NCBI GenBank assembly: GCA_965261345.1
Contig: OZ253449.1
Coordinates: 352,001-416,000 of the forward strand
DNA from: Chloroflexota bacterium
GTDB taxonomy: Bacteria; Chloroflexota; UBA11872; VXNJ01
Direction of reading: 5' to 3'
Length of the DNA: 64,000 nt
In this document: one piece after another, positions 29,306-39,140 of the stretch
How positions within the stretch are numbered: position 1 is the first letter of the stretch
Layout: each line of letters begins with the position of its first letter
Notes under the pieces: model-generated
What the model was told of the DNA's origin: nothing
Databases searched by the model: none
What the model saw: the letters and a program-made list of their open reading frames with translations, nothing else
Program-made: the position numbers and the translations under genes

Positions 29306-30329
29306 GCCGACCGCGGTGAGCCAAACGGAAAGCTACCGGGCGGCCGGAGTGGACATCGCCGCCGCCGATACGATGCTCTCACAGTTGGCGCCCAGGCTGC
29401 AGGCTACATATTCACCAATGGTGCTCTCCGGCCTCGGCGGTTTCGGCGGGGCCCTGCGGCTCGGCAGCGAACTCGATGATCCGGCCTTGGTGATGAGCAT
29501 CGACTCGGTCGGAACCAAGGTTGCCTTGGCCGCGCACCATGACCGGCTCGGGTCGATCGGGGAGGATTTGGTCAACCACTGCGCCAACGACATCCTGGCG
29601 ATGGGCGCCAGGCCGTTGGCCTTTCTCGACTACATCGCCCACGCCGACCTGCCGCCCGACAAGCTGGCGGCAGCGATATCGGGAGTGGCGGCCGCATGTC
29701 AAACCCTTGGGATGCCTCTCATTGGCGGCGAGACCGCCCAGTTGCCGGGAATCTACCACCGCGGCCAACTGGACCTGGTGGGAGCGATCGTCGGTCTGGT
29801 CGATTCCGCCCGCTTAATCGATGGATCCGGGATCTGCGCCGGGGATATGGTCGTAGCTCTGCCATCGAACGGAATCCACACCAACGGCTATTCGCTGGTG
29901 CGCAAGGTCCTTGGCGATTTCGACCACTTTGTCCATCGCGGCGAATTGGGCCGCCCGCTAATTGACGAATTACTTGCGGTGCATCGCAGTTACGTTAGCG
30001 AGCTCTCACCGCATCTTGATCGGATCCACGGTCTGGCCCACATAACCGGCGGCGGAATATGCCAAAACACCGCACGGATCATTCCCGAGGGGCTGTGTGC
30101 GCAATTTGGCTGGGGGACTTGGCAAGTCCCGCCAATATTCCACCTGATCCAGGAGGCGGGGAACATACCCTTCGGTGAGCTCGCCGGGGTCTTTAACCTG
30201 GGGATCGGAATGGTCGCGATCGGCGAACGGGCGCTGGCCGACGACCTGGTGCGAGCCATTCCCGGATCGGCAATCGTCGGCTCGGTGGTGCAATCTTCCG
30301 GCCCACTGCGGGCCCAGATCCTGCGATGA
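29298..30329 (+). CDS. purM: AIR synthase
   Basis: YRAAGVD, DSVGTK, GGETA, SNGIHTNGYSL, HITGGG, FNLGIG. Confidence 0.97.
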   Translation: MDKPTAVSQTESYRAAGVDIAAADTMLSQLAPRLQATYSPMVLSGLGGFGGALRLGSELDDPALVMSIDSVGTKVALAAHHDRLGSIGEDLVNHCANDILAMGARPLAFLDYIAHADLPPDKLAAAISGVAAACQTLGMPLIGGETAQLPGIYHRGQLDLVGAIVGLVDSARLIDGSGICAGDMVVALPSNGIHTNGYSLVRKVLGDFDHFVHRGELGRPLIDELLAVHRSYVSELSPHLDRIHGLAHITGGGICQNTARIIPEGLCAQFGWGTWQVPPIFHLIQEAGNIPFGELAGVFNLGIGMVAIGERALADDLVRAIPGSAIVGSVVQSSGPLRAQILR

Positions 30330-30949
30330 GGGAGTCGCTCCGGCTGGCAGTGCTGGCCTCCGGACGCGGATCGAACCTGCAAGCGGTCTTGGATGCCTGC
30401 CGGTCCGGTTCGATCCTGGCCGAAGTGGCGATCGTCATCTCCAATAGACCTGATTGCCAAGCGATTGAGCGGGCATGCAGAGCCGGCCTGGCAACCTTCG
30501 CGCTAACCGTCCGGCAGGCGGGCTCGCGTCGTGTTCAGATGCGGGCGTTTGCCGACCAAGCCAGGGCCAGCGGTGCCCAACTTGTGGTTCTGGCCGGTTT
30601 CGACCGAATCGTGACCGGCTGCCTGCTTGAGCACTATGCCGGTCACATGATCAACATCCATCCCTCGCTGCTGCCGGCGTTCGCCGGAGGGATGGCACCG
30701 GCCCCGCAGGCGGCGGCGCTGGCCGCCGGGGTCAAATACTCCGGCTGCACGGTGCATTTGGTAACTGCCCAGGTTGATTCCGGCGCGATCCTCGACCAAG
30801 CGGTGGTACCGGTCCTAGACGGCGACGACTGCGCCCGCCTGGGCGAGCGGATCCTGCGGGCCGAACACCGCCTGCTGCCCGACGTAATTGACCGCCTGGC
30901 GCGAGGCCAGCTAAGCCTGGCTGAGCCGGCGCCCGACCACGCGCCATGA
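30326..30949 (+). CDS. purN: GAR formyltransferase
   Basis: LASGRGSNLQA, NIHPSLLP, GCTVHLV...DSG. Confidence 0.97.
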   Translation: MRESLRLAVLASGRGSNLQAVLDACRSGSILAEVAIVISNRPDCQAIERACRAGLATFALTVRQAGSRRVQMRAFADQARASGAQLVVLAGFDRIVTGCLLEHYAGHMINIHPSLLPAFAGGMAPAPQAAALAAGVKYSGCTVHLVTAQVDSGAILDQAVVPVLDGDDCARLGERILRAEHRLLPDVIDRLARGQLSLAEPAPDHAP

Positions 30950-32490
30950 CCGAGCGACGTCGGGCCCTGCTCTCGGTTTTTGACAAGCGTGGAATCAGTG
31001 AATTTGCGGCCGGCTTGCAGGCCGCCGGCTACGAAATCGTCTCCACCGGGGGAACTCTGCAGCACCTGCGGATCGAGGGCATTGACGCTACCCCGATTGC
31101 AAAGATTACCGGTTGGGCGGAAATATTTGATGGACGATTAAAGACCCTGCACCCGCGGCTTTTCGGCGGGATTTTGCAGCGCCGGGACAATCCGGGTGAT
31201 ATTGAAGCGGCCGCGCAGGCCGACCTGGTGGCGATCGACATCGTCGCCTGCAATCTGTACCCCTTCGCCGATACCTTGGCCAAGACCGCCGATCGGGCGG
31301 TGCTGACCGAGCAGATCGATATCGGCGGGCCGGCGATGATCCGCGCCTCCGCCAAAAATTGCGAGTCGGTCTTCGTCGCCACCGACCCCGACGACTATCC
31401 GGGGGTGCTTTCGGCACTCTCGACCCAGTCCGGCGGCCGGGCCCTGCGCCGGAAGTTGGCCGCCAAAGCCTTCGCCCTCACCGCCGCCTACGATGCGGTC
31501 ATCGCACTCTGGGCGGGCCCGCTCGAGGACTCCCCGCCACAGCGCCTGACCCTCCCGTTAGAAAAGGTCGCGGATCTTCGCTACGGCGAAAATCCGCATC
31601 AGCAGTTCGCCGCCCACTACCGGATCGAACCCGGCGATCCGGGCGCCGGGTTCGGCCTGCTGCATGGCAATCAGCCCTCCTACAACAACATCCTCGACCT
31701 GCAGGCGGCTTGGGCCGCCGCCAACGAATTTTCAGAAAACGTATGCGTGGCCCTAAAGCACGGCAATCCGTGCGGACTGGCCGTCGATCCCGACCAGGCG
31801 GTCGCTTTCAATAGGGCCCGCGACGGCGACCAGCAGGCCATTTACGGCGGCGTTGTCGCTTTCAATTCCAGGGTCGAGTTGGCCACCGTGATCGCCATGC
31901 GGCGGGTCTTTTTGGAAGTAATCGTGGCCCCGGAATATTCGTCCGATGCCTTGGAGCGCCTCAAGCGGCGCGCCACTCGGGTTTTTTCCGCGCGCACGGC
32001 AATTGGCCCCACCCTGGAGCGCACCGGACTATCCGACCTGTCCATCCGCGGCACGGGCCAGAGCGTGCTGGTACAACGCCAAGACGTTGGATCGGCGGGG
32101 TCGACGGATTTTGAACAGGTCACCCGCACCGCCGCCAGCGAAGGCCAACTGCAGGACCTGCATTTCGCCTTCCGGGCGGTCAAGCACGTTAAGTCCAACG
32201 CCATCGTGATCGCCAGCGGCGGCGCCCTGGTTGGCGTCGGGGCTGGACAGATGAGCCGGGTCCGGGCGGTTGAACTGGCAGTTTCCCAATCCGGCTCGCG
32301 GGCCCGTGGTGCGGTGCTGGCCTCCGACGCGTTCTTTCCGTTTGCCGACGGGGCCGAGATCGCCCTGCGGGCCGGCGTATCCGCCATCGTCCAACCCGGC
32401 GGGTCCAAGCGCGACGGCGAGGTCGTCGCCGCCTGCGACGCGGCCGGCGCGGCTATGGTGTTTTCCGGTCGCCGACATTTCCGGCATTAA
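30946..32490 (+). CDS. purH: Bifunctional AICAR transformylase/IMP cyclohydrolase
   Basis: STGGT, KTLHP, IDIGGP, LRYGENPHQ, KHGNPCG, SDAFFPF, RHFRH. Confidence 0.98.
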   Translation: MTERRRALLSVFDKRGISEFAAGLQAAGYEIVSTGGTLQHLRIEGIDATPIAKITGWAEIFDGRLKTLHPRLFGGILQRRDNPGDIEAAAQADLVAIDIVACNLYPFADTLAKTADRAVLTEQIDIGGPAMIRASAKNCESVFVATDPDDYPGVLSALSTQSGGRALRRKLAAKAFALTAAYDAVIALWAGPLEDSPPQRLTLPLEKVADLRYGENPHQQFAAHYRIEPGDPGAGFGLLHGNQPSYNNILDLQAAWAAANEFSENVCVALKHGNPCGLAVDPDQAVAFNRARDGDQQAIYGGVVAFNSRVELATVIAMRRVFLEVIVAPEYSSDALERLKRRATRVFSARTAIGPTLERTGLSDLSIRGTGQSVLVQRQDVGSAGSTDFEQVTRTAASEGQLQDLHFAFRAVKHVKSNAIVIASGGALVGVGAGQMSRVRAVELAVSQSGSRARGAVLASDAFFPFADGAEIALRAGVSAIVQPGGSKRDGEVVAACDAAGAAMVFSGRRHFRH

Positions 32491-33899
32491 TGGAACTGAG
32501 TTGCGAAGCGTTGCCTGATCCGACCTTATGCCAATTGAGCGCTAGCGCCCTGCGGCAGGCGTTTCTGGACCGTTCCCTGGGGCCGGTCGAGGTGACCAAT
32601 GCCTATCTGGATCGCATCGACCGGCTAAACCCGCAGCTCGGAGCCTACCTGCTGGTGACCCGGCGCCGAGCCCTTGGCGATGCCGAAGAGTCGGAGATGC
32701 GATACGCCGCCAAGGCCTCGCTGGGCCCGCTTGACGGAGTGCCGCTGGGGCTAAAGGATCTGATCGATACCGCCGGAATCGAGACCACCTACGGCTCGCG
32801 GATCCACCGCGGCCGGATTCCGGCCGGCAGCGCCGCGGTCGCCCGATCGCTGCAGGCGGCCGGAACGGTGCTCCTGGGCAAGCTGCATCTCCTCGAGTTC
32901 GCCATGGGCGGGGTCACCGACAACGCCTACTTTGGCACCTGCCAGAACCCGTGGTCGCCCGATCATTTCAGCGGCGGTTCCTCGACCGGGTCGGGAGTGG
33001 CGGTGGCCGCCGGGTTGGCCGCACTCGCCCTGGGCACCGACACCTCAGGGTCTATTCGCCAACCGGCCGCATGGTGCAATGTGGTCGGACTAAAACCGAC
33101 CAACGGACTGATCGACCTAAGCGGAATTTTCTCGCTGTCGCCGACCTGTGATACGGTCGGCCCGTTGACGCGAACGGTGGCCGATTGCGCCAACCTGCTC
33201 GCAGGAATGTCAGGTGATTGGTCCACCTATCCCCAGGCCGGGCGGGCGGGCCCGCTGGTTGGAATCAAGCTGGGGCTGCCGATCGATCTGGGCCCGGACG
33301 CGATGACCGATTCGGTCCGGGTCTGCCTGGACCGATCGGTGGAGGCGCTGACCGATCTGGGCGCCCAGATCAAGCCAATCGCACTGGACTTTGGCAGCGA
33401 GCGGGCGGTGACCGCAGCCTACCAGGCAATTACTTTGAGCGAATGTGCGGTTGCCCATGCGGCCTGGTACCCGCATCGCCGCTTCGATTACGCCCCTTAC
33501 ATGCGCGACAACATCACGCGAGGGCTGGCAGTCGATTCCAATCAGAAAACGGCCGCCATGGCCCAGCGCGCCACCTGGGCCCGGATGGCTGACCGCGCGC
33601 TCTGCGGTCTAGACGCGATCATCACCCCTACCATGCCCACGCCGGCGCCGGCCTTTGCCAACGACCACGTCGAAATAGCCGGGCGGGAGATCAGCAGCCT
33701 GCAAATTCGAGGGCGATTTACGATGCCCTGGTCGGTAATCGGCTGGCCCGCGCTCTCGATTCCGGCAGGATTTACAGACGACCAGTTACCGGTTGGATTG
33801 CAGATCGCCGGGCGCCCGCAATCTGAGCCCCGCCTTCTGCAAATTGGCGCCGCCCACGAGTCGGCCACACCTTGGGTTGACCACCGGGCAGACCCCTAG
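32490..33899 (+). CDS. Amidase signature family protein
   Basis: GVPLGLKD, GGSSTGS and GTDTSGSIRQPA show an intact Lys-cisSer-Ser triad. No gatB/gatC nearby. Confidence 0.9.
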   Translation: MELSCEALPDPTLCQLSASALRQAFLDRSLGPVEVTNAYLDRIDRLNPQLGAYLLVTRRRALGDAEESEMRYAAKASLGPLDGVPLGLKDLIDTAGIETTYGSRIHRGRIPAGSAAVARSLQAAGTVLLGKLHLLEFAMGGVTDNAYFGTCQNPWSPDHFSGGSSTGSGVAVAAGLAALALGTDTSGSIRQPAAWCNVVGLKPTNGLIDLSGIFSLSPTCDTVGPLTRTVADCANLLAGMSGDWSTYPQAGRAGPLVGIKLGLPIDLGPDAMTDSVRVCLDRSVEALTDLGAQIKPIALDFGSERAVTAAYQAITLSECAVAHAAWYPHRRFDYAPYMRDNITRGLAVDSNQKTAAMAQRATWARMADRALCGLDAIITPTMPTPAPAFANDHVEIAGREISSLQIRGRFTMPWSVIGWPALSIPAGFTDDQLPVGLQIAGRPQSEPRLLQIGAAHESATPWVDHRADP

Positions 33900-34996
33900 C
33901 CGGTCGGTTGCAGGTCCGGCAATCTCAATCCGGGGTTGATGTCCGTGAGTTCGCGGCGCCCACCGCCCAGCTGGGCCGAAATTGCCACCATCGCGCCGTT
34001 GTCGACGCAGTAGCCAAAATCCGGCACAATCAGCGGCACCGGGCTCCGGGCGGCCAACTCGCTGCGCAATGCCCGATTGGCGGCCACCCCGCCGCAAAGC
34101 AGCACCGAGCCGACCGCGAAACGGCGCGCGGCGGCGGTAGTTTTTTCGACCAGCACGTCAATAACGGCTGCCTGAAACCCAGCCGCCATGCGGGTGATCG
34201 CCGATGCTCCTAGGGCGGCAAATTCCGCCGGATCGCCATCCCCAAAAATCTGCCGCCGCTCGGCCGGTCCCAGCTGTCCGGCACCGGCCCGACCGATCGC
34301 GCTCTTAATCCCGGCCAGCGAAAAGTCCCAGCTGCCGGCCAAGCGAGCCCGCGGCAGGTTGAACGGGGGAAATCCCTGATCATGGCACTCGGCAGCCGAT
34401 CGTTCGATCGCCGGTCCGCCCGGGAATCCCAGGCCCATGATCCGGGCCGCCTTGTCGAACGCCTCGCCGACCGCATCGTCACGCGTGCGCCCGAGTGGGC
34501 GGAAAACGGATAAGTCTTCCATGAGGGTCAGTTCGGTATGACCGCCCGAGACCAGCAGGCAGATTGCCGGCAGAACCGGAGTCTGGCCAGGTTGACGATC
34601 GAGCCAACAGGCGTGGGCGTGGGCGGAGAGGTGGTTAACCGCCAGCAATGGAATGCCCAGACCCGCGGCCAGGCCTTGGGCGAAGTTGTAGCCGACCAGC
34701 AGCGATCCGGCCAACCCGGGCCCGTAGGTCGCCGCTACGGCATCAACCGCGCCGAGGGTGCAACCGGCATCGTTAAGTGCCTGTTTGACGACTGGGACGA
34801 TCGAGAGTATATGACGCCGCGAGGCCAGTTCGGGGACGATTCCACCCCATTCGGCGTGCTCATCCACGCTCGACTGGGTTACCAGCGATAGGCAGTGGCC
34901 GTCCCGGACCAGGCCAACCGAGGTGTCATCGCACGATGTTTCGATTCCCAGGACCAGCGACTCCGACGGACTTTTAGTCAACCATCTTCCAGTCAA
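33896..34996 (-). CDS. tsaD: tRNA N6-adenosine threonylcarbamoyltransferase
   Basis: LGIETSCDDT, GGIVPELASRRH, HLSAH, SGGHT, DDAVGEAFDK, DNGAM. Confidence 0.96.
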   Translation of the reverse strand: MTGRWLTKSPSESLVLGIETSCDDTSVGLVRDGHCLSLVTQSSVDEHAEWGGIVPELASRRHILSIVPVVKQALNDAGCTLGAVDAVAATYGPGLAGSLLVGYNFAQGLAAGLGIPLLAVNHLSAHAHACWLDRQPGQTPVLPAICLLVSGGHTELTLMEDLSVFRPLGRTRDDAVGEAFDKAARIMGLGFPGGPAIERSAAECHDQGFPPFNLPRARLAGSWDFSLAGIKSAIGRAGAGQLGPAERRQIFGDGDPAEFAALGASAITRMAAGFQAAVIDVLVEKTTAAARRFAVGSVLLCGGVAANRALRSELAARSPVPLIVPDFGYCVDNGAMVAISAQLGGGRRELTDINPGLRLPDLQPTG

Positions 34997-35636
34997 ACTC
35001 CGTAGTTAACTGCACACGGGTGCGGTCCAAGACTTTGGTCATCCGGGGTGAATCGACATCGTCGGACCACATAACGATCGCATCCTCGCGATTGTCGGAA
35101 TAGTAGCTCTTGCGGACCGCTTTCTCGAAAAATCCCATCCGCGCGTAGATCGATTGAGCCCGTCGGTTGGAATGCCTAACCTCAAGCGTCATTCGTCGCG
35201 CCCCCATCCGGCGGCCGCGATCGGCGATGCAGAGCAGGAGCAGGCGGCCCAGGCCCAATCCCTGGTAGTCGGGATCGACGGCAATCGTCGTAATGTGTGC
35301 TTCGTCGGCCAAATACCAGGTACCGGCAAATCCGACCAGGTTGGCCTCATTCCAGTCACCCCGCCCGGCAATGCGCTGAAAAATCCCGCCGATCCCGGAC
35401 GGGGAGCTTGACTGGCCGGGGTTGATTACAGTTCCGCGCAGTCGCAGAACAATGTAGCCGGCCTTGGGAGCGCGCCGCAATTCAGCGTTGAAGGCACCGC
35501 GCGGCCAGGGCGAGTCAAAGCACCGTCGTTCCACGTAACGAACCGACGGAATGTCCTCCGGACGCATCGCATCCACGAACACACCGGACGCCAGGCGGGC
35601 GTCGCCCGAATCGGCGGCGGTGCGGTTGCTAGACAT
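34974..35636 (-). CDS. rimI: Ribosomal protein S18 alanine N-acetyltransferase
   Basis: F.SPW, EAHITTIAV..YQGLGLG, LEVR.SN, YYSDNREDA. Start at ATG 35636. Confidence 0.92.
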   Translation of the reverse strand: MSSNRTAADSGDARLASGVFVDAMRPEDIPSVRYVERRCFDSPWPRGAFNAELRRAPKAGYIVLRLRGTVINPGQSSSPSGIGGIFQRIAGRGDWNEANLVGFAGTWYLADEAHITTIAVDPDYQGLGLGRLLLLCIADRGRRMGARRMTLEVRHSNRRAQSIYARMGFFEKAVRKSYYSDNREDAIVMWSDDVDSPRMTKVLDRTRVQLTTEFDWKMVD

Positions 35637-36270
35637 CGGCCGTCGCCGGTTGTCGCCTGGGGCCGAGCGCCGGCGCGGCCACATAGAGCGGCCTGGCACT
35701 ATGGGATTCATCGTCGGATCCGTCCGCCAGACGCCTGGCACCGGCGCGCGCTACCAGCAACGCCGCCGGTTGCGGTAGGGGCAGCGCCAGATCGCGCGGA
35801 TCCTGCCAGATCGAGAGATCCGGCGCTCCGGCAGCGCGCTCGCAGACGAATGGGTCGCCATCGGGCCGCCATTCCGGGCCGTCACATCGGCCTAGTTGGG
35901 CAAAAAGGCGCCGTGCCCCGCCGCTGCTAACGAGCAGCAGCGGCCCAGATCGCGGCACCGCGATCTGGGCCAACGCGGCGAACAAGTCGATGCCGTACAG
36001 GTTGGCGCCGCTGGCCAACCCGATTCCCAGGGCAAACGCCAAACCGGTGCGAATCGCTGAAAACTTACCTGGCCCGACCCCGACCGCGATCGCCGCAATC
36101 GATTCAAGCCGCAGCGGGCCGAGTTCGTCAAGCGCCGGCCGCAGATTGGCCGAGTTGAGATCCACCGATGTGGCCGCAATCGGGTCGGCGGCGGTCGAAC
36201 CAATCAAGCAGAGTCCGAGCCGGTCGAACCCACAATCGATCCCCAGAACCAGGTCGGAGGGCCCGCTCAT
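35629..36270 (-). CDS. tsaB: TsaB
   Basis: VLGID, IAVGVGPGKFSAIRTG, C-terminal PLYV; lies in the tsa cluster. Confidence 0.88.
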   Translation of the reverse strand: MSGPSDLVLGIDCGFDRLGLCLIGSTAADPIAATSVDLNSANLRPALDELGPLRLESIAAIAVGVGPGKFSAIRTGLAFALGIGLASGANLYGIDLFAALAQIAVPRSGPLLLVSSGGARRLFAQLGRCDGPEWRPDGDPFVCERAAGAPDLSIWQDPRDLALPLPQPAALLVARAGARRLADGSDDESHSARPLYVAAPALGPRRQPATADV

Positions 36271-36806
36271 GGCCTGCCCAGGGCGAGGCGATCGAGCAAC
36301 GCGCGTCCGCCGTCACTTAGCGGCATGAGGGCAATCTCGCGCCGCCGTGGGCCAAGCACATCAATGAAGACTCGGCAGACTGCGCGATCGGGGAGTTGCG
36401 ACATTAAATTAAGGGTGCTCGCGCCGGGCCATTCAATGGCGATCAGGGCAGGTTCGGTGACCTGCTCGTCGAGCCCATCGTCCTCTAGATCAATTTGGGG
36501 GACCCGGAACAGATCGAGGTGGATCAACGGCAGGCGCCCACCATGATAGGAATTGCACAACACGAAGGTCGGCGACGAGACAGGATCGCCGGTCCCCAGG
36601 CCACGGGCTAACCCCTGGACTAAGACGGTTTTGCCAGCCCCCAATTGGCCGCAGAGCAGCAGAATCGTTCCGGCGGCGGCCGACTCCGCCAGAGCGCGAC
36701 CCAACCGACCGGTGGCGGCCGGGTCGCGGGAAAGCCAGGTCAGCCCACAATCAGTCCTAGACAATGTCAGGTTCTCGATTGCGGGCGCTTGCAGTTTTTG
36801 AGCCAA
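36267..36806 (-). CDS. tsaE: TsaE ATPase
   Basis: GQLGAGKT, VSSPTF, HLDLFR, IEWP. Confidence 0.95.
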   Translation of the reverse strand: MAQKLQAPAIENLTLSRTDCGLTWLSRDPAATGRLGRALAESAAAGTILLLCGQLGAGKTVLVQGLARGLGTGDPVSSPTFVLCNSYHGGRLPLIHLDLFRVPQIDLEDDGLDEQVTEPALIAIEWPGASTLNLMSQLPDRAVCRVFIDVLGPRRREIALMPLSDGGRALLDRLALGRP

Positions 36807-36864
36807 TTACAAAATGTTGTCTGGGCGCGTTGAATGTCTCAGCTAATTCTTTGCGCCGGGAAGG

Positions 36865-38154
36865 TTGGATCCTCAATTGTTTGCGATCGGCGCCGCGATT
36901 TTGGTATTTTCGCTGACCGCCGGCTTGGTCCAATCCACCCGGAGGTTTGTTTCCAGAGAGCGCAAACCGGGCCACTACCGGTCGGAACGAGGGCCGGGCG
37001 GTCGCCTGCCACTGGTGGGTGGACCGGCGCTACTGCTCGGGATCGGTGCGGCGGCCTGGGCAGGGGGATCACAGCCCACCTTGGTAGTGCTACTGGCCGG
37101 TCTCGGGTTCTTTGCCAACGGTTTTATCGACGACCTGTGCAAAGCCCGACGGGGCATGGGTATATCGGAAAAAATGAGTCTCTTGGGTGGAGGCCTGGCC
37201 GCAGCTTGGGCGACCGCAGTGCTCCTTTGGGCCGAGCCCGGGGGAGGACCGCTGGGATTGGCACACTGGGTCGACAATCAGATCCTGCTGGCAATCTGGT
37301 ATTTCGGCCTTTGCCTGACGATCGCCATAGCACTGGGATTTTGTGACGGAATGGATGGGCTGGCCCCGGGGCTGGCCCTGCTCGGCTTGATTGCACTGGC
37401 AATCGCCGGCGGCGGCCCCTGGCCGGATTCACCGGCGCTGTTGCTGGCCGGCGGGGCGCTGGGATTCTTTCTGCTCAATCTCCCTTCGGCCGGCGGGACC
37501 CGCCTGGCGAGGGCCTACCTGGGCGACAGCGGTGCCCTGCTGCTGGGCGGTTGCCTGGCGGCCGCGGCGGTTGTTACGGGGTTGGATCTACTACTCCCGA
37601 TCGCCGCCGCGGTGGTGGTGTTGGAAGGCCTGTCGGCCGTTGTCCAGGCCAAATTGCTGGTGCCGCTCTACCGCCGTTCGGCCCGCTTGGGCGGAAGCGA
37701 CCACGCCACACGGCCGTATACACAGTTCCGACTGCCATTCATCGCCACCCCGCTCCATCACCACCTTGAACTCTGCGGACTGGGGCGATTGCGGACGACG
37801 CTCCTGCTGCTTGGCGGCCAGGCCGGCTTCGGCGCCCTCGCGGTCGCGGCCGCCTTGCTGGGAGGGGTGCTGGCCGCGGTCCTGCTGGCGGCGGGGACGG
37901 TCTTGGCGGGTCTGGCGGCGATTGCGATTGCGTCGCTGCGGCCGGCACGGATTCTCGTCGTCAGCGAAGCCCCGGAACCGACCGTAGTGAGCCTGCGGCA
38001 TGGACGCTGGGCCTGGCTCAGCGTTGAGCGCGAGCGTCTGGAACTGGACCCTTCGACCGAGCGCTGGCGCGCATTGCTGGCCGATCGGCCGACGGATCCG
38101 GACCGCTCCGCCCGGGCCTGGACCGCCCTCAAGGACCTGGCCACCAAGCGATGA
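36865..38154 (+). CDS. Divergent MraY-like polyprenyl-phosphate sugar-1-phosphate transferase with C-terminal extension
   Basis: GFIDDLCK, DGMDGL, YLGDSG, EGLSAVVQ and TPLHHHLE (the MraY-type HHH loop). Confidence 0.85.
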   Translation: MDPQLFAIGAAILVFSLTAGLVQSTRRFVSRERKPGHYRSERGPGGRLPLVGGPALLLGIGAAAWAGGSQPTLVVLLAGLGFFANGFIDDLCKARRGMGISEKMSLLGGGLAAAWATAVLLWAEPGGGPLGLAHWVDNQILLAIWYFGLCLTIAIALGFCDGMDGLAPGLALLGLIALAIAGGGPWPDSPALLLAGGALGFFLLNLPSAGGTRLARAYLGDSGALLLGGCLAAAAVVTGLDLLLPIAAAVVVLEGLSAVVQAKLLVPLYRRSARLGGSDHATRPYTQFRLPFIATPLHHHLELCGLGRLRTTLLLLGGQAGFGALAVAAALLGGVLAAVLLAAGTVLAGLAAIAIASLRPARILVVSEAPEPTVVSLRHGRWAWLSVERERLELDPSTERWRALLADRPTDPDRSARAWTALKDLATKR

Positions 38155-39140
38155 CCGACCCGGCCTTTCCTGGCGATGCGCTGCTCTGCGGCCTGCTTGA
38201 GATCTCTGGCCCGTTCGAGCGTTCCTGCCTCACAACCGAGTCACGTCACCATATCGAGCAAATCCGGATTGCCGGTCGTTCCTGGGTGGTCAAAACCTAT
38301 CGGTCCGGCAATGACCGACATTTCGACCACCGCTTTCGACGCGAGGAAAAATTGCTCAGCTTCCTCCATGCCAACGCGCCGGGATTGGCTCCCCGGCCAG
38401 TGGCCGGGGCGATCGTTGCCGGCAACGCCTGCTTGGTAATGGAGCATCTCGGTCCCGGCGCCAGAAACCTGCAGCAGTTGCTCGAGGGCGGGGAACCGCC
38501 CCTCGAACTCGCACGCCAGGCAACCGCTCTGCTCGCTCGATTGCACCGCCTCACCGCCCGTTTCAACAGCCTGCTGGCGGCCTTTTGCCAGAGCATCGTC
38601 TTGGACCGCAACGACCGCGAAACCCTAATTGCCCGCTACCAGATCGCCCACCAGCGCCTGGGAATTAATGCCAGCGAACCCGGCCGCCGGGCATTTCTCG
38701 GACGGGTGATCGATCCACTGCTGGACCGGGCGCAGCTGCCGATCCACAATTCGGCCAACTCCCTCAATTTCATAAGCGGCGGAAAACGGGTGGCAATGAT
38801 CGATTTTGAAACCTTTTCAATTGGCCCGCCCGAATTCGATCTGGCCGAACTGGCGATCGACCCGGTTCTTTTCGCCCAGGTCGGTCTCGGGCGGATCGTA
38901 GCGCTCTATCAGTTCGCTGGCGGCACGGCCGACCGCCGATTTACAGAATTTGTCACCCGCGCCGCGCTGGCCCGTTCGATCGACTTTGCCGGCGCCCAAT
39001 CCCAGCGCGGCCTGCAAGCTCGATCCAGCGGCGACCACTCGGCTGCTCGAAGTCACGCCAATCGGGCCCGCCGCTACCGCCAAATCGCCAGCGCCCTGGC
39101 CACTGATCTGGGTATCTCCGAAGTCGTACCCCAGCCGTGA
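38151..39140 (+). CDS. APH/choline-kinase-fold protein, catalytic-loop Asp absent
   Basis: VVK, RREEK, LVMEHL, LARLH, HNSANSLN, IDFE, GPPEFDLA. Confidence 0.8.
   Translation: MTDPAFPGDALLCGLLEISGPFERSCLTTESRHHIEQIRIAGRSWVVKTYRSGNDRHFDHRFRREEKLLSFLHANAPGLAPRPVAGAIVAGNACLVMEHLGPGARNLQQLLEGGEPPLELARQATALLARLHRLTARFNSLLAAFCQSIVLDRNDRETLIARYQIAHQRLGINASEPGRRAFLGRVIDPLLDRAQLPIHNSANSLNFISGGKRVAMIDFETFSIGPPEFDLAELAIDPVLFAQVGLGRIVALYQFAGGTADRRFTEFVTRAALARSIDFAGAQSQRGLQARSSGDHSAARSHANRARRYRQIASALATDLGISEVVPQP

Noticed and set aside
32490-33899. Amidase as gatA
   Set aside because: No gatB/gatC nearby, and GatA-specific segments were not seen.
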